The notes under the pieces were generated by a model. That model was not told where the DNA came from, ran no database searches, and saw only the letters and a list, made by a program, of their open reading frames with translations. From Pyrinomonadaceae bacterium (GTDB taxonomy: Bacteria > Acidobacteriota > Blastocatellia > Pyrinomonadales > Pyrinomonadaceae): a stretch of 63,963 nucleotides of DNA. Made by a program: the position numbers and the translations under genes. Where the stretch lies: positions 1 through 63,963 of the forward strand of contig JBGTLE010000184.1 of the NCBI GenBank assembly GCA_041744295.1, written 5' to 3'. The stretch's first letter is position 1; each line of letters begins with the position of its first letter. Shown piece by piece: positions 18,764 through 28,387 of this stretch.

Positions 18764-18916
18764 ATGAAACGCTTTGCAATAGCCTTAGCTCTCACGTGTG
18801 TACTTTCAGGTACGGCCCTGGCCGGAGATATTCCCTCTACCGACGCCAAGTCTCAAGCGCCAAGTCCGACAGTCGTGGTCGTCGTACTAACGATCATTAG
18901 TCTGATTCGACGTTAG
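18764..18916 (+). CDS. 50-aa secreted peptide with hydrophobic/Arg-Arg C-terminal tail
   Basis: A strong AAGGAG (18752-18757) lies 6 nt before the ATG. The product is MKRFAIALALTCVLSGTALA|GDIPSTDAKSQAPSPTVVVVVLTIISLIRR, i.e. a signal peptide, a short Pro/Ser linker, then a TM-like stretch ending in RR. Confidence 0.5.
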   Translation: MKRFAIALALTCVLSGTALAGDIPSTDAKSQAPSPTVVVVVLTIISLIRR

Positions 18917-19002
18917 GAAATAGTTCGATTTCTGAATGAGTGTGGAACTGCCGCTCGGCAGGACAGGAGAGGTGTGTCCACACTCTGTGCAACTCAGATT
19001 TA

Positions 19003-20247
19003 CTACCTTTGGGGCGCACCCTCAACGGCACGGATCGTATCGCGCGCAATCAGCAGTTCCTCGTCTGTGGGAATAACGTATACGGCGAGCCGAGATTGAG
19101 CAGTGCTAATCACACCTTCTCGTCCGCCGTGGTGTTCCAGGTTTTTCTCACAATCCAGTTCCAGTCCCAGCCATTCCAGACCAGCGCATATACGAGTCCT
19201 TATCTCAGGAGAGTTTTCGCCGATTCCGCCGGTAAAGACGATCGCATCCGCGCCTCCGACGGCGGCCAGAAACGCACCGATATATTTGCGCGCGCGATAA
19301 GAAAATATTTCTATCGCGAGACGCGCACGACGGTCATGGTTCGTGTTCGCCTCATCCAGCAAGTCGCGCATGTCGTTCGTCAAACCTGAAATTCCCAGCA
19401 AGCCTGATTGTTTGTTCAGAAGCGTCTCCACTTCTTGAGACGTTAGTCCCTCTTTGGCCGCTACGAAATCCACGATGGCCGGATCGAGATCGCCTGAGCG
19501 AGTTCCCATTACCAAGCCTTCCAGCGGAGTCAGGCCCATGGACGTATCGACCGAGTCGCCGGCGCGGATCGCTGCTATCGAACAGCCGTTTCCCAGATGC
19601 AGCGTCAGAACATTTGTTTCGTTCCGCGGAATGTTGCGCAATTGGCGGTAACGGTACGCGACATACCGATGCGATGTGCCGTGAAAGCCGTAACGACGAA
19701 TGCGATGCCGGCGATAGAGTTGGTAGGAAAGCGCATACAGATATGCATGCTCCGGCAATGTCTGATGGAAAGCCGTGTCAAAGACTGCGACCTGCGGCAG
19801 TCCCACGCCAAACACCTCGCGTGCCGCCAGAATTCCTTTGATGTTCGTGGGATTGTGCAGCGGCGCGAGGTCGATGCAATCCTCGATACCGCGCAGAACT
19901 TCTTCGGTGATCACCATTGAGTGAGTAAAGCGCTCGCCGCCATGAACCACTCGATGGCCCACCGCGTTGATGTCGGCAATACTCTGAATGTCAGGCACTC
20001 CGGACGCTTCAGAACAGGCCCAACGCACAATCAGCTCAACCGCAGCGCGTGTGTCGCGCAAGGTTGCGGTGGAGCGTTCCGGTTCGCGACCAGTTGCCTC
20101 CAGCGTGACTATTGCCTCGCCGCCAATGCGCTCGATTGAGCCGCGGGCCAGTCGCTGATCCTGATTGGAAGCAATTCTGTCGAGGTCGGTAACGATGAAC
20201 TGAAACTTGACCGAGGAGCTGCCGCAGTTAAGAACAAGAATGATCAT
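19003..20247 (-). CDS. ackA: acetate kinase
   Basis: [17 protein letters not shown] at the N-terminus, plus [21 protein letters not shown] and FTGGIGENS. Confidence 0.95.
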   Translation of the reverse strand: MIILVLNCGSSSVKFQFIVTDLDRIASNQDQRLARGSIERIGGEAIVTLEATGREPERSTATLRDTRAAVELIVRWACSEASGVPDIQSIADINAVGHRVVHGGERFTHSMVITEEVLRGIEDCIDLAPLHNPTNIKGILAAREVFGVGLPQVAVFDTAFHQTLPEHAYLYALSYQLYRRHRIRRYGFHGTSHRYVAYRYRQLRNIPRNETNVLTLHLGNGCSIAAIRAGDSVDTSMGLTPLEGLVMGTRSGDLDPAIVDFVAAKEGLTSQEVETLLNKQSGLLGISGLTNDMRDLLDEANTNHDRRARLAIEIFSYRARKYIGAFLAAVGGADAIVFTGGIGENSPEIRTRICAGLEWLGLELDCEKNLEHHGGREGVISTAQSRLAVYVIPTDEELLIARDTIRAVEGAPQR

Positions 20248-20254
20248 GATATTC

Positions 20255-20369
20255 GTAGGGGCGTCCCTCCGTGGGCGCCCCTCGTTCGATTGAAAGACTT
20301 TGTTAATTGATTGTGATTCTTTCGAGACTTCACTTGCCGACGGGGGCGCCCACGGAGGGACGCCCCTAC
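20255..20369. repeat. perfect 27-bp GC-rich inverted repeat
   Basis: gtaggggcgtccctccgtgggcgcccc (20255-20281) pairs with ggggcgcccacggagggacgcccctac (20343-20369), with a 61-nt loop. It lies between the amidohydrolase stop and the ackA start. Confidence 0.9.
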
Positions 20370-20373
20370 AATC

Positions 20374-21723
20374 TCAGGATAGTTTCTTCTCAATTTCTTT
20401 CATCCGCGCGCGAAGACGCACCTCATCGGCATCTTGCACTCGGCCATCGGCGTAAACTTCTCTTCCTGCCACCATTGTCGAAATCACATCGAGACCGGAC
20501 GACGCAAAGATCAAGGTGCCGACCGGGTCGTACGAAGGAATCTGATGCGTGCCGTCGAGTGAAACCACCGCGAAATCCGCCTGCATACCTTCTCGCAATT
20601 CTCCTACTCGTCCTTCCATTCTTAGCGCGCGGGCTCCGCCAAGCGTGGCGACACGGATTGCATCCTCAGCCTGTAATGATCGAGCGCCAGGCTCGACGCC
20701 GATTCTGGCAGACAAAATCGCGAACCGCGCTTCGGAAAGCAGATCACAGGAATTATTGCTGGCCACGGAATCGCTACCAAGCCCGACGGCTATTCCTTGA
20801 TCGAGAAACTCCGCGAATGGTGCGCGGCCATGTCCGAGCTTGGCATTCGAACGCGGACAATGCGCGACACTCGCACTCGCGTTCCTCAATATCTCAATGT
20901 CCTCGAGGTCTACATTCACACAATGGGCAAGCAGGGGATGGGCCTGCAGAACATTGTGACGTTGCAAATACTTGATGGTAGAAAGCGCCGGCGTGCGCCA
21001 TTCGATACCACGTTTGTCGAGCCCCTCGGCAAACGGCCCGCGGCCTTCGCGCAACAATTGCTGTTCGGCTAAAGACTCAGCCGCATGCATCATCAAGGGT
21101 AGACTCTCTACCAAAGCAAATTCGGCAATCAACTCTAACTGCGCGCTACAAACTGTATAAGGAGCATGCGGCGAAACGCCGGCGCGAACGAGTGGATTCT
21201 CCAGCTCACGAAGCCGCCCCACTTTCTCACGCAGCTTTTCAACGTTCTCCGGCACCAGTTTCGGATCTGGTCCAAACGATTCCTGAAAGACAATCCCACG
21301 CAAACCGATGTCAAGCAGCGCGGTCATGGTTGATTCGGCAGCGTCACTCGAATCACCGAGACACGTGACGCCCGCTCGGGCCGCTTCGCAAGCACCCCAC
21401 GCCGCCGAAATATACAAGTCGTCCGGCGTAAGCTGTTCCAGGCGCGCCAGTGTCAGCTTCTTTAACCAAGCCGGGAAATTGCCTTCCAGAGAGTCCAGGA
21501 ACCCGCGCATCGCGGTTAGTTCAAGATGCGAATGCGTGTTGATCAGTCCCGGGAGTATGACCGCATCACCGAAGTCGCGCCGCGCGACTCTTGGGTTTGC
21601 GATACGAAGCTGCTCGCGGTCTCCGACGGCCACGATGCGATCAGCGACCACCAGCAACGCGCCATTCAGGATTGGCGCCGAAGTGAGCGGCAACAGCCAG
21701 CGAGCGCTATAAAGCGTTGTCAT
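20374..21723 (-). CDS. amidohydrolase family protein (nucleoside/nucleobase deaminase-like)
   Basis: The start MTTLYSARWLLP (ATG 21721-21723) fits the family. The metal-binding motif INTHSHLE and later HAAE and GLGSDS motifs are present. Confidence 0.8.
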   Translation of the reverse strand: MTTLYSARWLLPLTSAPILNGALLVVADRIVAVGDREQLRIANPRVARRDFGDAVILPGLINTHSHLELTAMRGFLDSLEGNFPAWLKKLTLARLEQLTPDDLYISAAWGACEAARAGVTCLGDSSDAAESTMTALLDIGLRGIVFQESFGPDPKLVPENVEKLREKVGRLRELENPLVRAGVSPHAPYTVCSAQLELIAEFALVESLPLMMHAAESLAEQQLLREGRGPFAEGLDKRGIEWRTPALSTIKYLQRHNVLQAHPLLAHCVNVDLEDIEILRNASASVAHCPRSNAKLGHGRAPFAEFLDQGIAVGLGSDSVASNNSCDLLSEARFAILSARIGVEPGARSLQAEDAIRVATLGGARALRMEGRVGELREGMQADFAVVSLDGTHQIPSYDPVGTLIFASSGLDVISTMVAGREVYADGRVQDADEVRLRARMKEIEKKLS

Positions 21724-21787
21724 GTGTGATGAGTGAAGAACGTCAGCGGACTTCAGCGATTGATGACTGGGACAGCGCGATGGCTGC

Positions 21788-22360
21788 TTATGCTCGACCA
21801 ACTTTCAACTTGCGATAGCGCCCGAGAATGGAAATCACGTAGGCGCGGGTTGAGGGAATGTCGATCCGGCCGATGAACTCTTCTTTGGAAAGTGGTTTCC
21901 CGTCTGCTCCGGGGCGGTTCCATTCAACGGCCCGACTCGGTCCAGCATTGTACGCGGCGATCATGCGGACTTCGCCATCCGGCATATCGCGATACTGCTC
22001 GTACACCTTCTCGAGATACCAGCAACCCACCTGGATGTTCCTTTCCGGATCACGCAGGACAGCCGCGGGATCAGAACTCATCTGCCGTTCAAGTTCGCGC
22101 ATGCCCGTGGCGGTTGACCACTCACGACCAACAGTGGGCGTGACTTGCATCAATCCAATCTCGCCGTCCTTACCGTTTTTCCAGGGGCTGAAATAGGTCT
22201 CCTCGTAGATGATACTCCACACCAAATCCGGATCGAGACGATAGATGCTTGCCTGTCGAGCAATCAGCGCGTCGAAGCGGTGTGTCCAGTATTGATTAAA
22301 GTAATAGGCGGCGAACAGAAGCGTGAGAACAATGAAGGTTACTAGCAGAATGCGTTTCAT
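21788..22360 (-). CDS. lytic transglycosylase (SLT domain), membrane-anchored
   Basis: N-terminal TM (ILLVTFIVLTLLFAAYYF). The SLT catalytic region is IIYEETYFSP...GLMQVTP...AAYNAGP. Confidence 0.8.
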   Translation of the reverse strand: MKRILLVTFIVLTLLFAAYYFNQYWTHRFDALIARQASIYRLDPDLVWSIIYEETYFSPWKNGKDGEIGLMQVTPTVGREWSTATGMRELERQMSSDPAAVLRDPERNIQVGCWYLEKVYEQYRDMPDGEVRMIAAYNAGPSRAVEWNRPGADGKPLSKEEFIGRIDIPSTRAYVISILGRYRKLKVGRA

Positions 22361-22408
22361 TCAGATGAAGCACCGGTGAATGCCTAAGTGAGGCTGACCA
22401 CCGCTGCG

Positions 22409-23197
22409 CTAATTTCTCCTGGTTAATCCGGACCAGAACTGGGCTACCGAAGAGGAATAGTCAACGCCCTCGTAACGCGAAAGCAGGGCCTGCTCGTCCA
22501 ACACGTGTCCCTGTAACCAAACTTCAGCATCGACCGTCGCACCGACGTCGAGCGGCTCACCGCGCAATGCCCGGCGGTTCACCAACACTTCGAGCTTTAT
22601 CTTTTCGAGATCCAAATGAATCCAGTAAAGCTCACTACCTGAGAGCGGATTGCGTAAGGGTTTGAAAGCGACTACGCGGCCTGAAAGACTCCAATCATTC
22701 TCGTGCGCAGCGCGGGCGGGCGCTGCCTTCTCGAGCGGCATCCAACGCGTCTTTCCGGGCATTTTGCGCACTCGCGCGCGGTAAGCGAGACCACAAAGAG
22801 CGACGTTAAGTTCCTGCGCGCGGAAACCTCCAGGGCCGACTTCGGTCAGGTTCTGCAACTCAAACAGGACCTCGCAATCCGTGCCGTCACGATAACCGTG
22901 AATCACTGCTTCGCCCTCTTCGTCGTACTCGGTGAGCGCCCACGGAGTGATGGTTTGAATGTAGCGGGCGCGAAATCCGGGACGACAATCGGCGTAGAAG
23001 ACATCGCCACTACCTGACTCGTAAAGCACGGTCCAAACTTCCAGCCCCTCGCCGAGCTTCCAACAACGACCATGCAGCACGGCGCCACGCCGGCTGAGTT
23101 GTGTTGCCTCACCCTGATCGCCGGCGCGCTCCGCGAGATAGTTGAACGCCTTCTCGCTTGGCACTTCTAAACCAATCGTTTCGAACGTGGGATTCAT
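22409..23197 (-). CDS. hypothetical protein (262 aa, cytoplasmic)
   Basis: A long ORF co-directional with the SLT gene and 48 bp upstream of it. I recognise no motif. Confidence 0.45.
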   Translation of the reverse strand: MNPTFETIGLEVPSEKAFNYLAERAGDQGEATQLSRRGAVLHGRCWKLGEGLEVWTVLYESGSGDVFYADCRPGFRARYIQTITPWALTEYDEEGEAVIHGYRDGTDCEVLFELQNLTEVGPGGFRAQELNVALCGLAYRARVRKMPGKTRWMPLEKAAPARAAHENDWSLSGRVVAFKPLRNPLSGSELYWIHLDLEKIKLEVLVNRRALRGEPLDVGATVDAEVWLQGHVLDEQALLSRYEGVDYSSSVAQFWSGLTRRN

Positions 23198-23234
23198 TTA
23201 CTCCTGCTTATCACTGCTTGAATCGTTGGCGACA

Positions 23235-23459
23235 TTATTGCCCGGCTCGTTTCCGGTGTCTATGTTTAAGCACACTGTCGTCTGCTGCTTCTTGCGCTGC
23301 ACTGGATTTGAATCCGCGGATCACTCGCTCTGGTCCATGCGAAGGGCGATTGCCGGAACGTACCATCTCGGCAAAGAGATCAACATCGTAGTCCGCTTCT
23401 CGCGACATCTCTTCGCGGATCGTATGTAAGACTTCAAGAAATTTTGGCCGCCGATACAT
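23235..23459 (-). CDS. hypothetical small protein (74 aa)
   Basis: The ORF lies 37 bp upstream of the 22409-23197 gene on the same strand. The N-terminal half looks helical (KFLEVLHTIREEMSREADYDVDLFAEMV) and the tail is basic. No family is recognised. Confidence 0.3.
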   Translation of the reverse strand: MYRRPKFLEVLHTIREEMSREADYDVDLFAEMVRSGNRPSHGPERVIRGFKSSAAQEAADDSVLKHRHRKRAGQ

Positions 23460-23645
23460 TGTTGCTAGTTTCGTATTTAGTCTAAGTACCTCTACCTGTC
23501 AATCAGAGTGATCCTTTTTTTACGCGGCGTCAATGGAGATATTGATGATCCAGACTTCGTTGTCTAACGAGCTCCATCCGCAACCAGGCGCGCCCTCTTT
23601 CACAGTCAGGCTACTGCCCCGGCTACTCCTCCATAACGCAACCGT

Positions 23646-24122
23646 TCATCCAACTCGCTCTGTTGATTCTGAAACAAGAAATTCCGGAGTGACAATCATG
23701 GGAACATAAAAGCCGGCTGCCGTATTGAACAATCGAATACGCGCTTGCCGTCGCACATTCGCGAGGTGACCAAAGTTCCACGTCACCAGATAATCGATCT
23801 TGTGATAGGAAGCGATTGCGACATGCAGCGCGTCGGCGATGTACTTACGATGGAAGATGCCTCGTGAGATGTAGCCATCAGCAAGTATCGCAGCCTCGTC
23901 CGTGAGTTCGACCTGCTCTAAAGGGGCAATCAGATTCAGGTAAGAAGTGCGATGTGGTTCAGAAACGCGCTCGAGCTCCCGGCTGACCAGCGGCGAGATA
24001 ACGTTGCGATAAACCGGCATCTCATGTTCCCACCAACGGATGGTCAGATCACGCCGAAAGGGCTCGCCGTTGTCGAGATAAGCCCCAATTACCGAGGTTT
24101 CCAGGTATAAGCTCTGTTTCAT
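23646..24122 (-). CDS. PIN-domain protein (VapC-like fold)
   Basis: The layout is PIN-like: LYLETSVIG ... SRELE ... ADALHVAIA ... LVTWNFGHL. Glu and Asn stand where canonical VapC has Asp. No adjacent antitoxin ORF is present. Confidence 0.55.
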   Translation of the reverse strand: MKQSLYLETSVIGAYLDNGEPFRRDLTIRWWEHEMPVYRNVISPLVSRELERVSEPHRTSYLNLIAPLEQVELTDEAAILADGYISRGIFHRKYIADALHVAIASYHKIDYLVTWNFGHLANVRRQARIRLFNTAAGFYVPMIVTPEFLVSESTERVG

Positions 24123-24134
24123 AATAACGAAGGC

Positions 24135-24229
24135 AGTTTCGAGTTTCGAGTTTCGAGTTTTCGCCTTGGAGCTGCACTCTCACGAGTGGATTGAACAAAC
24201 TTGAAACTCGAAACTAGAAACTCGAAACT
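24135..24229. repeat. TTTCGAG-family hairpin
   Basis: agtttcgagtttcgagtttcgagttttcg (24135-24163) faces aacttgaaactcgaaactagaaactcgaaact (24198-24229). It lies just 3' of the TPR/protease gene stop. Confidence 0.9.
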
Positions 24230-24241
24230 CCCTCCTGGTGC

Positions 24242-25882
24242 TCAGTACTCCGTACTCGCCTTTGGCCGAGTCACAGGCTCGAGTCGGACAACGCCGCGAT
24301 GAAAATCGAACGATACTCTAAAGTGTCGCAGAAAATTACCACCCAGAATTCCGTCCTGAATAAATCCTGCCGTTTCATTTACCGGGTCCAGATCCAGCAC
24401 CGCCGCATTGACATGATTTCTCGACAACGAACCAATATTCACCCTTGGCAAAGTCAAAGTCTTTACGTCTTCAGCGATTCCCGCCGCCCCAAAAACTCTT
24501 AGTCGGGTCGGTTGGTGAAACCCTGACATCTCCTCGAGCGCCGCGAGTTTTTCTGAGACAACCGAGATGCTCGCTCCCGTATCGATAATAAAATTCTGGG
24601 GCCGCTCCAGTCCTTCCAGCAAAACTTCACCGCTGAGAAACCCGCTCGAGGTGGTGCGCAGCGGAATCTCAACGGCGCTCGGAACAAAAGTCAGCGAGCG
24701 ATCGTCAACCGTGTCGTCTGTCTTGTAGAGCGTGCGCCACATCTCGCGTTCATTATCTTGTCCCCGACGAAAGAGCGAAAAAGTCCGCTCGGCGTAATCC
24801 ACCGACGCGACGAACTTTGAAATGATAGACAAACCGATGTAGCCGTCAACCGGGTTGTTATCGTCATAGAACCGCCGAATGTAAACCGGAACGTTATGGA
24901 CTTTCACCGCTCCGATTTCGAGCGAGGAGAGAAAGCCATAAACAATTTCAAACTTGCCGCCGCCGCCTACCGCGCGCGCCAGGCCGCCCTGGGCCACTGG
25001 TCTAAGTCCCAGGCGACTCGCGGTCGCGTCAGAGATTACAGACATTCCCGATCCCGTATCGAGCACAAACCGCAATTCCCTCTTATCACCGTTGATCCGC
25101 ACCCGCAGGATCGGACGTTCATCGACAGACTCAAACGAAACAATGGTTTTACTCTCACCGCCGGGCTGGTACAGCGTGGTCTGCTTGCCGAGATAACGCA
25201 GGAAGGAGATCAAGCCGCGAATACGAGCGCGCCTGTCTGAATCCGCCTTCGGCGAAATAGACAGGAACCGCTCGTAGGCATCGGCTGCTTCGCGATAGCG
25301 TTCGCTGCGGGCAGCAGCCTGTCCCAGATTGAAAACGTAATCAGGCTCATCCGGCTCCAAAGCAACGGCCCGTCGCAACCCGCGAATGCACGACTCGAGG
25401 CGGTTCTCATAAAAATCGATCATCGCCAGCCCCGCGATTGCGGGAGGATCGTTCTCGTTGATACTGATCGCCGTGCGAAACTCCTCGACGGAGTTACGAA
25501 AGTCGCCCGACGCCAGAATTGCCGAGCCCAGCAGCGAGTGCCCGCGAGCCGACAAAGGATCAGACAAGATGACTCGCGCAGCGTGATCGTACGCGTCCCG
25601 AAGGTTTCGTTGTTTGAGAAGTGTAAAACTGAGACCAAGTCTCGCTTCCTTGTCCTGCGGATCCTTGGTCAGTAGCTCCCGGTAGAGTTTTTCGGCATTG
25701 GTGTAATCGCCTTCTCGCAGCGCGCGACCGGCGCGCGTGTGGACTTTGTCGGTTGCGTTCGCCGCGTTGCTTACGGACGTAACGGGAAGACCAAACGCAA
25801 AGGCGGCCAAAACTCCGGCCGCCAGACTCACCCTCAACGCCCTGGGATTAAAGCACCGCATATTTACTGCTTTCCGAATCAC
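24242..25882 (-). CDS. secreted TPR protein with two retropepsin-like aspartyl protease domains
   Basis: A signal-like N-terminus and TPR repeats are followed by two DTG active-site motifs in one chain (FVLDTGSGMSVIS and FIIDTGASISVVS). The start is either GTG 25882 or ATG 25861. Confidence 0.7.
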   Translation of the reverse strand: MIRKAVNMRCFNPRALRVSLAAGVLAAFAFGLPVTSVSNAANATDKVHTRAGRALREGDYTNAEKLYRELLTKDPQDKEARLGLSFTLLKQRNLRDAYDHAARVILSDPLSARGHSLLGSAILASGDFRNSVEEFRTAISINENDPPAIAGLAMIDFYENRLESCIRGLRRAVALEPDEPDYVFNLGQAAARSERYREAADAYERFLSISPKADSDRRARIRGLISFLRYLGKQTTLYQPGGESKTIVSFESVDERPILRVRINGDKRELRFVLDTGSGMSVISDATASRLGLRPVAQGGLARAVGGGGKFEIVYGFLSSLEIGAVKVHNVPVYIRRFYDDNNPVDGYIGLSIISKFVASVDYAERTFSLFRRGQDNEREMWRTLYKTDDTVDDRSLTFVPSAVEIPLRTTSSGFLSGEVLLEGLERPQNFIIDTGASISVVSEKLAALEEMSGFHQPTRLRVFGAAGIAEDVKTLTLPRVNIGSLSRNHVNAAVLDLDPVNETAGFIQDGILGGNFLRHFRVSFDFHRGVVRLEPVTRPKASTEY

Positions 25883-25926
25883 GACCGTCTGGCATCGCTG
25901 CCGGCGGTGGAAATTCTCCTACGGTT

Positions 25927-26595
25927 TTATTTCAAGATTTCTCCCGTTTTCATCGACCAAAGAACCAGATCTAACTCGTCAAAGTCGATCTTCACTTCCT
26001 TTGCAAAGTCACCCAGCCTTTTCTCCGTTTCCAAATACCGCGATCTGGTGGCAGGTGGCTTGCTCGATTCCGTCAAGCCCAAATCGGCGAGACACCGCAT
26101 GACGTGTTTATCCAGAATCGCGTAACCCTTCAATCCGATGTTGCGCAGGAAGTGACTGGACTCTTTGTAACCCAACCCTTTAATTCGGGTTTCCTGGGCC
26201 AGCCAATCGCGACGATCGAGCGGATCTGAAAAACTTTCCAGCTGCTTGCGCAAACGCATTCGGCAGTGGCTCTGCAAGTAATCGCGAGTACTCACGATGT
26301 AAGCAGGACGAGCATTTGGAAAGCGATGCGCTCCGGCTTGCTTCAGCGCCGCGACCATCTGGTCCTTGCCGCCGTGCTTCAAGAAAGGCTTTACCGCTTC
26401 GACCGATTTGATTCCCATTCGCGCCGATGCGCCCGCGGTAAAAATGCAGAAGACCAGCTCCTCCCACAAGCGATCGTCCGACCCGGAAAGCCAGACATCG
26501 CTGAACTCGGCGAGCCTTGCTCGAATCAATCGCCGTCGCGTCTGATGCACGGCGCATATGCTTTCAATGTTAACCGGCTGGTGGTTGCTGCTCAC
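25927..26595 (-). CDS. N-glycosylase/DNA lyase (Ogg2-type 8-oxoguanine DNA glycosylase)
   Basis: HhH-GPD type motifs: LWEELVFCIFTAGASA ... IKGLGYKESSHFLRNIGLKGYAILDKHV. Confidence 0.7.
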   Translation of the reverse strand: MSSNHQPVNIESICAVHQTRRRLIRARLAEFSDVWLSGSDDRLWEELVFCIFTAGASARMGIKSVEAVKPFLKHGGKDQMVAALKQAGAHRFPNARPAYIVSTRDYLQSHCRMRLRKQLESFSDPLDRRDWLAQETRIKGLGYKESSHFLRNIGLKGYAILDKHVMRCLADLGLTESSKPPATRSRYLETEKRLGDFAKEVKIDFDELDLVLWSMKTGEILK

Positions 26596-26808
26596 TTTGG
26601 TTTGTCAATAAACCGATTCTAGGGGCGAGGTTCTCGCCTTGTCAACGCAATTAAACTTTCGGTTTGGGGACGACTTTTCCGAAAATTCGTTATACATCTT
26701 CTCGGTTGACTCCGGCATCGTACAGGCTCTCCCTCACGATAAGAATTGCCCTTGCTTATCACGTGCTATGATTCACTGCCCGTTGCTGAGCGGGGCGTTA
26801 CGCCGGTT

Positions 26809-28167
26809 ATGCGCACTCAAAACACATCATCCATATTTTCGTTTCTCGCCGCTGCGCTGTTCCTGATCGCCGTCGCGATTCACTTGCCGGCACAGGTTCC
26901 GGCCCAGAATCCAACGCCCGGGCAGAGCGTTCTGCAGCAGCCTTCTCCCAGTCCATCACCGGTCGCCAGCGAGAACGAGGCGCCGGCAATCTATGGCGTG
27001 CAGGGCGTACTCATCGAGACGCTCGACCGGCGCATCGTGGCTTCTCAGTTGGTGGATCAGCCGCTGAATCCGGCTTCCGCAATCAAACTGGCGACGGCAC
27101 TGGTGGCGTTAAAGAGTTTCGGCCCGCAGCATCGTTTCACTACCGGCTTCTGGACCAACGGAACGTTCGACAAGGCAACCGGCACCATCAACGGCAACCT
27201 TTATGTGTCTGGTCGCGATCCTTCATTTCACTATGAGCACGCGGTCTTGATGGCGCGTCAGTTGAATCTTCTTGGGATTCGCACGGTAACGGGCGATCTG
27301 ATCGTAGCTCCGGGTTTCACTATGAATTTCAATTGGTCGGCCCGCAGATCCGGCGAAGGTCTATACGACACGCTGGATGCGACATTGCGTCCGGCGGTTG
27401 CTACCAGCGCCTGGAATTTCGCCCGCTCACTCGTCGGTGAGAACACGGCTAAGCAGGCCACCCCAAGCGTCGCGGTGATGGGTGAAGTTGCAGTTGACGC
27501 AGTGACGCCGGGTGCAAAACTCTTGCTTACTCATCATTCGAGTAAGTTAACCGACATTCTCAAGGTGCTGCTCTGTTACTCGAATAACTTCATGGCTGAG
27601 CGCTTGGGAGACAGTGTTGGTGGTATTGAGTCTGTACGGCGAGTGCTTACGACCAGCCTGGCGATTCCGTCCGCGGAGTTCCGTTTGGCTTCCTTGAGCG
27701 GACTCGGTGCGAACAGAGTGACGCCGCGCGCGATGATGACGATCTTTAGGGCACTGCGCGAAGAGTTGCGCAAGTACAAGCTTTCAACCACGGACATCAT
27801 GCCGGTTGCCGGAATCGATCCGGGTACGCTCGAGGATCGTTTCACCGAGGTGGGTTCGCGCGGAAGCGTGATCGCGAAAACCGGCACACTCGTCAGGACG
27901 GATGGCGGAGTTAGCGCGCTGGTTGGCCAGCTGAAAACCGGCTCCGGCGACATTCTGCTTTTTGTAATACTGAACCAGCGCGGCAGCGTGTGGCGATTCC
28001 GCGAGAATCAGGACTTTCTTATCAGACAGGTGCAAAGCACCCGCGGCGGTCCCAAGGCCTTCGACTACAAGCCAATCGCGCTCGCAATGAGGTTGACAGA
28101 TACGCAAAGCACGGTTGCATCGGATGATGAATTCGAACCTGGGATGGCGACGGGAAGTTCGCCTTGA
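26809..28167 (+). CDS. D-alanyl-D-alanine carboxypeptidase/endopeptidase (PBP4, peptidase S13)
   Basis: ATG 26809 precedes a signal peptide. SxxK (PASAIKLAT), SxN (YSNNFMAE) and KTG (KTGTL) are spaced as in PBP4. Confidence 0.85.
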   Translation: MRTQNTSSIFSFLAAALFLIAVAIHLPAQVPAQNPTPGQSVLQQPSPSPSPVASENEAPAIYGVQGVLIETLDRRIVASQLVDQPLNPASAIKLATALVALKSFGPQHRFTTGFWTNGTFDKATGTINGNLYVSGRDPSFHYEHAVLMARQLNLLGIRTVTGDLIVAPGFTMNFNWSARRSGEGLYDTLDATLRPAVATSAWNFARSLVGENTAKQATPSVAVMGEVAVDAVTPGAKLLLTHHSSKLTDILKVLLCYSNNFMAERLGDSVGGIESVRRVLTTSLAIPSAEFRLASLSGLGANRVTPRAMMTIFRALREELRKYKLSTTDIMPVAGIDPGTLEDRFTEVGSRGSVIAKTGTLVRTDGGVSALVGQLKTGSGDILLFVILNQRGSVWRFRENQDFLIRQVQSTRGGPKAFDYKPIALAMRLTDTQSTVASDDEFEPGMATGSSP

Positions 28168-28311
28168 AGCAGTCGCGCTCGCTAGGCGATTAAGAAGCCG
28201 AGTTCCACTGGCTGTCACTTAAAGAACCAATGCGAGCACTCCTCCTCCCTACTCCAATCTACCGATCACCTCATTATCGTGTGAAAACGCCAGCTAACCA
28301 GACAGCGAGGT

Positions 28312-28328
28312 CTGGCATGATCAGTGCT
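28312..28328 (+). promoter_or_regulatory. putative sigma-54 (-24/-12) promoter of pilin module 1
   Basis: CTGGCATGATCAGTGCT matches YTGGCACGrNNNTTGCW. GG (28314-15) and GC (28326-27) have the canonical spacing. It lies ~60 nt upstream of ATG 28388. Confidence 0.55.
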
Positions 28329-28387
28329 GTAGCTCACTGGCCCGCGGACCGCCCTGGTCCGAACACTCGCAACAGTGAGTTACCCAC

